NCBI RefSeq assembly: GCF_006345805.1
Contig: NC_043014.1
Coordinates: 12,524,001 to 12,588,000 of the forward strand
Direction of reading: 5' to 3'
DNA from: Octopus sinensis
Lineage: Eukaryota
DNA length: 64,000 bases
Under the pieces are notes generated by a model. That model made no database searches. It saw nothing but the letters and a program-made list of their open reading frames with translations, and had not been told where the DNA came from. Shown here one piece after another: positions 11,825 through 25,411 of the stretch (positions are counted from its first letter, which is position 1; every line of letters begins with the position of its first letter). The position numbers and the translations under genes are program-made.

Positions 11825-12040
11825 ATATGTTTGTATGTCTGTGCTTGTCCCCTCAACATCGCTTGACAACCGATGCTGGTGTGTTTACACCCCCGTAACT
11901 TAGCGGTTTGGCAAAAGAGACCGATATAAGTACTAGGTTTACAAAGAAAAAGTCCTGGGGTCGATTTGCTTGACTAAAGGCGGTGCTCCAGCACGGCAGC
12001 ATTCAAATGACTGAAAGAGAGTAAAAGAGAGGAGTGAAAG
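11555..12040 (+). mobile_element. SINE-A with expanded microsatellite
   Basis: Family match; the tail ends about 35 bp from the CENPE exon 3 donor. Confidence 0.8.
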
Positions 12041-12075
12041 AAAACAAAAAAATCTTAAATGAGAAAATTGCCTAC

Positions 12076-12165
12076 CATTGAAACCCTCCATAGTGGCACA
12101 AATAATTGGTTCCACAGTTTCATGATAAATGTCTGCAGTGATGTCATTACAATCATAAACACGAT
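12076..12165 (-). CDS. CENPE: CENP-E coding exon 3 (DRVYDCNDITADIYHETVEPIICATMEGFNG)
   Basis: tttgtAG acceptor, GTAGGC donor, 90 nt. Aligns to kinesin FDRV...PII...GYNG. Confidence 0.93.
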
Positions 12166-12779
12166 CTACAAAAACAAAACAATGTTTCACCATTAGTATT
12201 TCTGTAATCAGCTGGCAGAATTGTTAGTATGCTGGATAGAAATAGCTAGAGACATTTGATCTATAGTGGGTATATGTGTGTTACCATTGTTAGGTCGGTG
12301 AAGTGCTGATTAGGTGTGGACTGCGTGTAAATGAAAAATAAACACTTACTAAATATAACAATTTTTATCCTTTTGGAGATGCATTGCAGGATGTTGTGGC
12401 ATTCTTGCATGCACCATTTAAATATAAACAGAGCAAGCAAATATATCATCAGGAAGTACCTAGTGAGAGAGAGGTATCACAACACCACGTGTAGGGCACT
12501 GAAGCAAAGAAAGAGAGCTGGCAGTCCTAGCTGTGGGCAGTTGGCAAGCTGACTGCCCAAAAGGGAAAGAGGAAGTGTCCTTTTAGTTGGGCTCCTTATA
12601 TGCCTTTCATAACTTCTGTTAAGGGCTGTTGTGTTTTGCACATGCATTATGGCTGTCTGCTTTGTCCCTTCTGGGCCTTTTACGTTTAGCCCTGAGATAA
12701 TCCAAGCAGTCATGGCAGGTATGCTACAGATCTATCTTAATGTTCTGAGTTCAAATTCCACCATGGTCAACTTTGCCTT

Positions 12780-13240
12780 TCGTCTTTTTGGGGTCATTAA
12801 TTGGTAAAGGGGAAAAATTCTGAAGCTTGGAATTTTGTTATTGGCGCAAATGTTGATGTATTGGCTGAATGCTATTTTTCTGTTTTTGGGAATTTTGATC
12901 TGGGATCTGTGCTGAGCCATCCTTTGATGTAGACTGTTTTTTGTTTGGCCTATGTATTGCTCTTGACACCCAGAGCAGGTTAGTGCATATATCAGGTTTT
13001 CCAAAGCACATGTGAAGCTGCTTTTCACTGTGAAACGTTGTGCCTGTTTGAAGGAGAACTCTGATCCCTCGATTAAATTGACGCATATCCCACAGTTAGG
13101 TCTTCCATATTTTTTTCACTGACGGCTTCTATGTTGTTGTTGAGTGTATTCGGGCTTGTGTTAGGAGACTTTCCATAGATTTGGGTTGTCTCTTGCTTTT
13201 TATGATGGTGTGTTTGAAGGATTAAGTACATTCTGAGATC
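12780..13240 (-). mobile_element. Penelope-like element relic, GIY-YIG endonuclease region
   Basis: Translation ...GRPNCGICVNLI...FTCALENLIYALTCSGCQEQYIGQTKNSLHQRMAQHRSQI is the typical Penelope C-x-C plus LIY...YIGQT...R layout. Confidence 0.8.
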
Positions 13241-13682
13241 CTTTTTATATACACATTACACACACACACACACACATGTATTTGTATATGCGTGTGAGTG
13301 AGCATATGTTTGTTTCCTTTATTCATTCATATTGGCTTGAATTAATCATTGCAATATCTCATAGCTTTGATATTTCAACAATGTGACTGGTTATTTTTAG
13401 AATGATAACATTGTAGGGTAGATGCGAGAGGCCAAATCAAGTTGGTTTGAGCATAAAAACAAGTAGAATATTTGGAGCAGATACAACCAGCTTAAACGCT
13501 AGAGGGTTAACGCCCATTTTTTCATGCTGGCATGGGTTGGATGGATTTTATTATAGGATATTTTACACAAAGTGGCATAAATTGTTTGAAGATGAGGAAA
13601 AGATAACACGCTTTCATCCTCTCTCAGTTTGCCAGCATTTCTGTTGACACCTTCCTTTAACAAGTAAAATTTAAGCACTTAC

Positions 13683-13777
13683 CAAACATATATGACTGAT
13701 TATTGGTTCCTTCTGTAGCTGAGATAATTCTCTTCTCTCTGGTTTGCCAAGCCAAGTCACTGCCATTGTGCTTCTCA
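13683..13777 (-). CDS. CENPE: CENP-E coding exon 2 (EKHNGSDLAWQTREKRIISATEGTNNQSYMF)
   Basis: ctcttgtAG acceptor, GTAAGT donor, 95 nt. Phases 2/1 fit both neighbours and give the SYMFDRV motif across the junction. Confidence 0.88.
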
Positions 13778-14059
13778 CTACAAGAGAAAAATATGTACAT
13801 ATAAAATTGGCTGTGTGGTAAGTAGCTTGTTTACCAACCACATGGTTCCAGGTGGCATGTGATCCGTGTATATATTTATATATAGAAAGAATTTGGTATA
13901 AATTGCAAATAATATGATATATAATGATTTAATAAGAACTCCATGTAATCTATTATACTTCAAGAAGATACATCAAAGGAAATAGTGCCTCAGAAACAAC
14001 TGTGAAGGCAAAAATCTTGAATATATCTTTCTATTATATATGACAATTGGAGAGAAAGT

Positions 14060-14550
14060 AATTCAAAAGTGGGCGTAACATTTTTACTAACTGACACAGA
14101 ACATTCAAATTGCACATAGTGGGAGAGTAACTATTCCTGAATAATTCTCCTTTACAGTTTTCTCTGCAGGCAGATAGTGGCAGCATTTTGCTTCTGCATA
14201 GAATCCATCAACTTCTTGATAAAAGCAAGGTGCAGATTGTCCAATATCCACAAAAGGTTGCAGCTTGTTAATAGAAATAACACCACTAACAAGAACAATC
14301 TGCATAGATGGATGAAAGAATTTAAAGAAGGGGAAATTGGCATTGGAAACAAGCCACACCCTGGAAGAACATTCACTATGACTACTGATGCAGATCACCA
14401 GTAGTTGGGAATGAATTGATTTATGATCTATGACCTTGCTGCACAAAAGCATGGTGGTCACAATGCATTAAAGAAGATTAAGTATCGGAAAATGTATACA
14501 AAATGGGTACCTTAGCTACTGACACCCAATTTGGAAGAAAGAACGAACAC
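14060..14550 (+). mobile_element. Mariner transposase N-terminal relic
   Basis: INFLIK...IHKRLQ...RWMKEFKEG...HPGR and, in another frame, KYRKMYTKWVP*LLT (mariner WVP motif). Confidence 0.75.
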
Positions 14551-15255
14551 CATTTTTTATCTGATTTTATCATCATCATCATCACGTAGCGTCCATTTTC
14601 CATGTTGACATGGGTTGGACGATTTGACAGGAGCTAACAAGCTGAAGGGCTGTTCAGGTTCCATGTCTGTTTTGGCATGGTTTCTATGGCTGAATGCCCT
14701 TCCTAATGCCAACCCCTTTACAGAGTGTATTGGGTGCTTTTATGCAGCACCGGCATGGGTGCTTTTTATGTGACACCAGCACCTAAGGGCCTGCAAGACT
14801 AGGGATGCTCAGTTGGAGAGGGTTGCAGGGGATGAACATGTATGCAAGGACAACCACGTTTTTTTCTTAATTTAATGTGTCTTTTCAAGCACAGCAAACC
14901 ACCAAGAGTTTTGGTCCTGTCATCCTCTCTTTGAAACCTGTAGATCCTTAAGAGATGAAATGTGGGCTTATCCTTATGATTCAGATATCAAAAGTTCAGT
15001 ACATGGAATGGACTTGCAACTTTTCTTCAAAACTTCAGAAGTTTGACCTTTTTGATACCAACCTACCCGAGATTGCTCCAGCTTCTATAACAAAAACTTT
15101 CTGTTCTAAATTATAATCTTCCATCAATTAAATTAGTTTGTTAAATTATTCCAGACCCCAGCTTAATTATTAGAAAGTTATTTTACAAAATTCTTCATTA
15201 TTTAAAAAATTAATTCAAACAAAGATAGCATTTGTTAACAGAAATTTGGAATAAG

Positions 15256-15605
15256 GCGGCGAGCTGGCAGAAACGTTAGAATGCCGGGCAAAATGCTTAG
15301 CGGTATTTCGTCTGCCGCTACGTTCTGAGTTCAAATTCTGCAGAGGTCAACTTTGCCTTTCATCTTTTCGAGGTCAATTAAATAAGTACCAGTTACGCAC
15401 TGGGGTCGATATAATCGACTTAATCCGTTTGTCTTTCCTTGTTTGTCCTCTCTGTGTTTAGCCCCTTGTGGGTAGTAAAGAAATAGGTATTTCGTCTGTC
15501 GCTACATTTTGAGTTCAAATTCCACCGAGGTCAACTTAGCCTTTCATCCTTTCGGGGTCGATTAAATAAGTACCAGTAACGCACTGAGATCTATATAATC
15601 GACTT
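15256..15605 (+). mobile_element. SINE-B with tandem partial second unit
   Basis: Full unit 15256-15487 followed directly by a repeat of its internal segment. Confidence 0.8.
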
Positions 15606-15886
15606 CATCTATTTGTCCGTCCTTTTTTATCCCTTCTGTGTGTAGCCCCCTGTGGGCTGTAAAGAAATAAGAAATATGGTAACAAAAGGGTAAAGAGCCT
15701 ATGATCAGCACAAAGTCTGTTGGGACAACAAAGGAACCATTCTCCAAGATTTTTTCTAAGATATCTCTCAAGTGAGACTCAATTCCAACAACTAAGACAG
15801 TACCGATGATATCTACGAGATTTACAGACTGCCTAAATAGCAGTAATGGTCATCCTGTAAGGAATGAAAAAGAAATAGAAGCTTAC

Positions 15887-15936
15887 CGTTCATTAAGTGG
15901 CCGTAGTCGAATAACGACTTGAATCTTGTCTGACAT
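15887..15936 (-). CDS. CENPE: CENP-E/kinesin-7 coding exon 1 (MSDKIQVVIRLRPLNER). The exon begins at 15946 with 10 nt of 5'UTR.
   Basis: Minus strand reads tttgcAG|ATTGAATAAA ATG...GAA CG|GTAAGC. VxIRLRPLN is the first kinesin motor motif. Phase 2 joins the next exon. Confidence 0.9.
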
Positions 15937-17299
15937 TTTATTCAATCTGCAAAAGATAAAACAATATCATCATCATCATCATATTTGTTTAATGTTTACC
16001 TTCCATGCTGGCATGGGTGGAACAAATCAAATGGAAAGCAAAATGTTTTATACAATAATCCCTCGACTATTGCGGGTGTTACATTCCAAAACCTCCCACA
16101 GAAATAATTAAAATCTAAAAAAGTATAAATACCTATCAGCCACAAAAACCCAGATTTACTGAGGAGTCCATGATATAAATTTACATATATTCGCCAGAAA
16201 AATCTGCAATGTACTGAGTGCACAATAGGTGAACCACGATATGGTGAGGGATTACTGTATATCAACCCTTTAGCATCTATACCAACCACATCAAACCCAA
16301 ATATCCTATCTGTTTTATGTTCAAACTGGTCAGATCTAGCTTCTCATACCTGTCCTACAATGTCATTCTAAAAATATACAATGACATCATCAAAATGTCG
16401 AAGCTACAAGATAATGCATGGTTAATTCTAGGACAGTTGCGTGAGGAAGTGCAGATCTCTAACTGTGGAGGGAACCTAGGGAAAGACATGATCTTTGGAT
16501 GCTGAGTCTCACAGAGTGATGACAAATGATTGAGATCTTTGGCAAATTGCTGTACTCAGAAGACTTGTCAAGCCAAGTGAAATCGTAGTCATGGACTGTG
16601 CCGGGGACACATAAAAGGCACTTATGCCAGTGACATGTAAAAGACACTGACTACACAATTGGAATGGTTGATATTAGGAAGGGCATCCAGCTGTAGAAAC
16701 CAAGCCAAAATCAGACTGGAGCCTAGTACAGCTCTCCAGCTTAGCTGTTTCGGTTAAACCATCTAACCCATGCCAGCATAGAAAACAGACACAAAATGAT
16801 GATGATGTTAATAGATAAGATAATCTGAATGCTAAAGAGTTAAAGGCCAAAAGAGATTATCATTACAAGCATTGGCACTAGGTCAACATTTGTGTGTGAG
16901 CAGAATTTTTTAAGTTACTTCACTAGCACTTAGTTTATTGGCCCTTGGAAGGATCCAGCCATTTTCTCTGCCTTCTATTCCCGGGAGGGTTGTTGGGGTA
17001 TAATCCTAAGGCATCTTTTTCATAGGGTCCTATCAAAAGCAATTGTCATTACACTTTCCAGCTGGATTACTAAGTGTGACCAACTGAAAGTATAGATATC
17101 ATCTAACTATTTCATTCTTAGGTTACCCCTCGGTCTCCTGCCGGTTGGCTCAGCTTGAATAATCAATCTTGCAATTCTCTCTTGTGCCATTCTAATCACA
17201 TGTCCATGGTACAAATGCTGTGACCTTCCTGATCACCGAGGTTATACACCCTGTCAAGTAACATAACTCCATAGATCCATTTGAGGAGCCCCGTTTGTG

Positions 17300-17625
17300 A
17301 TCATATTGTGCCAATGGCACGTAAAAAGCACCATCCGAACGTGGCCGATGCCAGTGGCGCCTTGACTGGCTTCCGTGCCGATGGCACGTAAAAAGCACCA
17401 ACCCGATCGTGGCCGTTGCCAGCCTCGCCTGGCACCTGTGCCGGTGGCACGTAAAAAGCACCCACTACACTCTCGGAGTGGTTGGAGTTAGGAAAGGCAT
17501 CCAGCTGTAGAAACACTGCCAGATCAGACTGGAGCCTGGTGCAGCCTTCTGGCTTCCCAGATCCCCGGTCATACTGTCCGACCCATGCTAGCATGGAGAA
17601 CAGACGTTAAACGATGATGATGATT
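17300..17625 (+). mobile_element. Truncated RTE LINE 3' end
   Basis: Family match with (GAT)n tail. Confidence 0.85.
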
Positions 17626-18143
17626 GTTTAACACAAGATATTTTTATGAGTTATTACATGTCATTTATGTAAATAAGATATAATGCATTAAACAATAACA
17701 CACTATTCAAATAATATCATAACAGTTTAACATTCTAAGACAACAAGTGTAATTAAGTGAAGAATTGCTAAAATGTGGATCGTGGGAATTTAAGGAGTTG
17801 AAACTAAAGCTTCTTGTAAATATTGTAGATGTGAACTAAAGGCAAAATTCCAAGACTTAAAACTCCCAACAAACTCTAAGAGAACATACTAATGCAACAT
17901 CTTTGAAGAACATCTCGCACATTACTATCTTATAATGTGTCATGTCAACATGAAGGATCGGTTAAAGAAATGTGGGCCATCTTTCGTTTTCACCCGCAGA
18001 AACATAGTCATGCGAGTCATTCAGTTGACTTATACAAGAATAATAATGGTGTTAGCAAAACTGTATCTAATCTGAAAATGCACCATACAAAATATAATTC
18101 CATAATTCCTGACTGCAACTATTTATGTTAGAAAAAAAAAAGC

Positions 18144-18307
18144 TCGGATTTTTTGCGTGGAATCAAGTACCCTGACCTCCTTAATATGTTGCAAATCCCA
18201 TATTTTGGTTCGGAGGGGGGGGGGTTAGCCCCACCCTTCCGAACCCAAATATGGGATTTACAGCATATTACGAGGTCAGGGTACTTGATTCCACGCAAAA
18301 AATCCGA
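18144..18307. repeat. Fold-back palindrome, ~70-bp arms, G/C-rich spacer
   Basis: The first 36 nt of the arms are perfectly complementary. Confidence 0.9.
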
Positions 18308-18787
18308 TTTTTTTTTTTCTTAGTGAAAATCGTGCGGGTGTTAATCTGTAATTTTACCGAAAAAAATGTTTTATTTTGACACATTCTACCAGTTTACGAA
18401 GTTTAAGTGTTTAGTTAACTAGAAATTGTGTTGAAAACTGCCGTTCAAAAGGAAAAGATCCCATTAACAGTAAACAAACCAACCAGAAAATATTCGCTAT
18501 ACTATATAATAATAATAATAATAATAATAATAGAAAAACTTGGTAAACGGCTATAACAGTAATGACTTATGCAATTTGAAACACAAACGTGCGTGTCAAA
18601 ATATTAGTGTTATTTTCCTACGTTATATCCGTACTTTGGTCTACTAGTTAGAAAATACTTATGTATATATAAAATAACTAAATCAAAAGCACTTTACAAT
18701 TCTGCTGATTATATAGAGATTAAGGATATTCTGTTCACTTTTAATAAGGGCATATTGTCCAACATCATATATATACATGCATACATT

Positions 18788-18808
18788 AAAATTGGTGATC
18801 TTCGAACT

Positions 18809-18839
<31 letters not shown>

Positions 18840-18878
18840 ATATATATTATATATATAAGTTCGAAGATCACCAATTTT
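18788..18878. repeat. Inverted repeat AAAATTGGTGATCTTCGAACTTATATATAT around a TA/TG microsatellite
   Basis: About 30-bp perfect arms seen directly. Confidence 0.9.
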
Positions 18879-19064
18879 ATTTTTTTTAGATAAATTACAA
18901 AAAATATTTAGATTTTGATGCTATTCAAAAGAAATCGGACATTTCCTGAGAAGTGGGAGAGCTGACTTGAAAGTGATGTCGGGTGAAACTATGACAAATA
19001 ACAAGTATAAACAAGCACCTTAATTACTGTTAATATTAGAAGTCCAAACATTTATTGTACTTAC

Positions 19065-19165
19065 GTTTATTTGAGATTGTGTTTACATACACGATGTAAC
19101 CAAGATATAATAATATCGAACAGAAATCGTTCGGCTTCTGATAAAACGCAAACAGTGAATACAAA
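19065..19165 (-). other. CENPE: Putative non-coding first exon of CENPE (5' boundary approximate)
   Basis: The ATG exon starts at an acceptor (15946), so an upstream exon is required. A strong minus-strand donor AAC|GTAAGT lies at 19064-19059 next to promoter motifs. Confidence 0.55.
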
Positions 19166-19300
19166 ATTCAAACTTTAACGAAAACGAATGAGGAACATAA
19201 TTTAAGCTTGCCACGCTTGTATTTCATTGGTTGATTAAAATAAACTACTGATGTTGATTGGTCAATAAATTTGCAACCGGTGTAGACGGAATAAAAGTAA
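19160..19300. promoter_or_regulatory. Candidate bidirectional CENPE/CENATAC promoter: CHR-like TTTGAA (minus, 19167-19172) and two NF-Y-type CCAAT boxes (ATTGG at 19226-19230 and 19257-19261)
   Basis: Motifs are seen directly in a repeat-free stretch between the divergent genes. The CCAAT boxes read AACCAATGA and GACCAATCA on the minus strand and are 31 bp apart. Confidence 0.55.
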
Positions 19301-19538
19301 CTGTGGATAAATCTGATGTGTTGATAAATTTTTCTAACAGAAATTTTACAGTCATTTACTTTTCCTTGACATTATAAAATAAGAAATTATTTTGAAACAA
19401 ATATAACCAAGTCTTTGTATATTGCAATTAGATCTAATTTAATATATAATTGATTCTTCCGTTTCATAGTTGAAAACATAAAAAGAGAAGTCAGTTCCCG
19501 CTGGAACTCCGAACGTTATTGTGCTTTTAATAAATGCC

Positions 19539-19840
19539 GCATGCAATATTTACTTATCTTCATTTGCTTCTTGTGTTTAAAACCTCTTTGTGACATTTCT
19601 ATCTCCCAATCTCTCTATCTAGGTATAATTAATTATTTTATTCTGTCTAGGTATAATGAGATAAATACGAAACAGCATGCAATATTTACCTATCTTCATT
19701 TGCTTCTTGTGTTTAAAACCTTTTTGTGACATTTCTATCTCCCAATCTATCTATCTAGGTATAATTAATTCTTTTATTCTATCTAGGTATATTTCACTCT
19801 TTTATTCTATCTAGGTATAATGAGATAAATACGAAACAGC
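19539..19840 (+). repeat. 136-bp tandem duplication with internal TTTTATTCTATCTAGGTATA subrepeats
   Basis: Units start at 19539 and 19675. Confidence 0.85.
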
Positions 19841-19925
19841 AGTGCTGAAGAAGTAAAGCAATTCAACCTTTAGTAAACACGGTGTTGCATTGTTTACCTT
19901 TTCATTTAGAATTACAGAATTAATC

Positions 19926-20057
19926 ATGTCTTCTGACCCACAGCAATTCCAGTTTTGCTCTATATGTCATGCAAGTCATACTGGAGGTAAAAAACACGTC
20001 TATTCCAAGAAACATAAATTGTTTCTAGATAAGGCATTGCAGCGGTTTGATGAGAAA
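19926..20057 (+). CDS. CENATAC: CENATAC/CCDC84 coding exon 1 (MSSDPQQFQFCSICHASHTGGKKHVYSKKHKLFLDKALQRFDEK), zinc finger 1
   Basis: CxxC...HVYSKKH matches the CCDC84 N-terminal CPLC...HVYSRKH. GTAAGT donor at 20058. Upstream acceptor at 19909 or 19917 implies a non-coding first exon. Confidence 0.9.
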
Positions 20058-20129
20058 GTAAGTAACTCAGTTCGCATTCATTACTGATATTGTTGGTTAG
20101 CCACAGGCAGGACTCTAAATGGTTAAACA

Positions 20130-20490
20130 TAGTCTTTTACGTGTTTCAGTCATTTGATTGCGGCCATGCTGGAGCACCGCCTTTAGTCGAGCAAATCGAC
20201 CCCAGGACTTATTCTTTATAAGCCTAGTACTTATTCTATTGGTCACTGTTGCCGAACCGCTAAGTGACGGGGACGTAAACACACCAGCATCGGTTGTCAA
20301 GCGATGTTGGAGAGACAAACACACGTACATATACATATATACGACGGGCTTCTTTCAGTTTCCGTCTAATCCCCTCACAAGGCTTTGGTCAGACCGACGC
20401 TATAGTAGAAGACACTTGCCCAAGGTGCCACGCAGTTTGGACCGAACCCGGAACCATGTGGTTGGTAAGCAAGCTACTTACCACAGAGCC
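20130..20490 (-). mobile_element. SINE-A
   Basis: Family match; lies ~70 bp downstream of the CENATAC exon 1 donor. Confidence 0.85.
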
Positions 20491-20554
20491 ACTCAACTTG
20501 GGCCATCATCTCGTCTTTTCGCGATCTTTTGATTTAAGAACTTTGCAGTTATAA

Positions 20555-23158
<2,604 letters not shown>

Positions 23159-23671
23159 ATGACATTTTTTTTCAAATATTATTTACTTTACCTTTGTGTT
23201 GGAATTTCCTCTAAATATATTTTTCTAAAAATAATACTCTGACATCCATACAAATAGATAAATACAATTCCAATATGTGCGGAATATAAGAAATATACAT
23301 ATGAATTGCCGATGCTAAATAAATGAACCTGGAGAATAGAGTTTGGCTTTGGGTGTGATGGGTCACGATGCAAAATGTGGTTCTTGCTGTGGGTTGCAGT
23401 AAAAAAAGTCTGAAGAATGCTGCTCTAGGAAACTGACTCAGCCTAAGGGGACAAGATGGCTCGCCAACCACCTGGATGTCATCGAGGCATGAGAATAAAT
23501 GATTGAATGTGATAAAAATAAAGATAAAATGAAATAGAGTAAAAAAGCACTACAAGATAACAACAAAAGGGGCACCAAGGAAGAGCAGTAAAGTAGAAGG
23601 CATATATATAAGGCAGAGCATGCAATCCCAAACACACACACATACATATATGTGTGTGTGTGTGTATAAAT

Positions 23672-23730
<59 letters not shown>

Positions 23731-23732
23731 AT

Positions 23733-23847
23733 GTTAGTTATGGTCAGTTCAAAGGGTTACTCAGGGTTCCATGTCCATAAGGCGCTTAACTGAAGTGCTT
23801 TATGGACGTGAAACCTTGGGTAACCCCATAGACCAGCCATAGTTAAC
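23733..23847 (+). ncRNA. Candidate pre-miRNA-like hairpin in CENATAC intron (33-bp core stem 23755-23825)
   Basis: Core stem has 27 Watson-Crick pairs, 5 G.U pairs and 1 mismatch on the sense strand, plus a looser lower stem. Confidence 0.3.
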
Positions 23848-25411
23848 TTTATCTAAATACTCTACTGCTCTATAACTTAGAGTGTGCTTCTCTTTTCGAT
23901 TTATGATTTACTGACAAGATATATATATATCTATTTTTATATGTATTGATATGAGTAGGTCAATTCGGGAAACAAATGCTATGACCTACTTTGCTCGTTG
24001 TAGTCTGAAAGTCTGGAATACAAAGTTATTGTCCTTTGTTCCGTCAGATTCTGGAAGGATTAATGAGTTTTAAGGCGACCTTTGGCCTTGTGCCGGTCAG
24101 GGAAAGTTCGAGGAAGCTACCCTTTAAAAAGCGAACGAGCTGTGAGTTTGAAACAGTCGGCCGGCAGTTCTGGCAGAGACGGGACTGATATGAAGGCGGT
24201 CAGTAGAGGAAGACAGACAGGGAATCTGAGGAGCTGACAAGCGAGAGAATGACAGTGTAGAGGAGGACAGACAGGGAATCTGAGGGGCTGACGAGCGAGA
24301 GAATGACAGTGAATGTGAAAGAGGAAGACAGGCAGATAAGATCTCGGCGAGAGGCAACGACAACGTGGAGAAGGACATACACATAGGATTAAGGAGCGAG
24401 AGAGAGGGACTACGGTATGAGGGCACTGGCTATTGTAGTAGCTCGTAACGGTATGTTTATTTATGTTTGATATATGAAAAGAACTGTTACAGAATTTTCC
24501 AGTAAATATTGGTGCTTTGGTGTACCATTTATCTATTTTTATATATATAACGCACACATACCAAACAGACTTCCACACAGTTTCCATCTACCAAATTCAC
24601 TCACAGGGCATTAGTCAACCTGGAGCTATAATAGAATACACTTGTCCAAGGTGCTACACAGTGAGACTATACATGAAACCATGTGCAAACCTCTCAAACA
24701 CAGCCATATTGGCACCTATTAGATATTGATTTCAAATTTTGGCACAAGGCCAGCAAGTTGATTAGATGGACTCCAGTTTTCAACTGGTACTTATTTCATT
24801 GACCCCCTAAAGGATGAAAGGCTAAGTCAACCTCAGCAAGTTTTGAGTTCAGAATGTAACGATAGACCAAATACTGCTAAGCATGCAAACGCTACAGCCA
24901 GTTCACTGCTTTCGGTGCCTACTAGATATTAATGTTATGTTGAGATCACTTCAATCTTCTTTGTCCTTCTTCATTGTTAAATGAGTTCTTACAAACAATA
25001 ACTCTGAGCACCTTTTCAAACTACACCTGTCTAACACCCGTGGACATATTTACAAAGTCAGAAAACAGCACAGCTCCCATGACTTTAGGAAACATTTTTT
25101 CACACTGAGAGTTGCTGAAGCATGGAACAAACTGCCGGCATCAGTTGTTAGTTGTCGGAGCACTGCATCCTTCAAAACTTCCATGCTTCTGAGATTCACC
25201 AACACTACACCTGATTTTCTCCCCTCCATACACACACAAGCATGTATCTGACTCATACATTATTCGCTTTCCAGACATTTTTACATTACTGCATATACTT
25301 TATACGCACTATCTGACAAGTTGTGGTGCACCTGAGCACTGTATATAATTTTTTCATATTATTTTTTTATTATTTTGCTTTCTTTCTTTCTTTTTTTTTT
25401 TTTTTTTCCAG

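Noticed and set aside
24200-24320. CRISPR-like repeat/spacer array
   Set aside because: Only two adjacent ~55-bp direct repeats in eukaryotic intronic DNA, with no unique spacers or cas genes.
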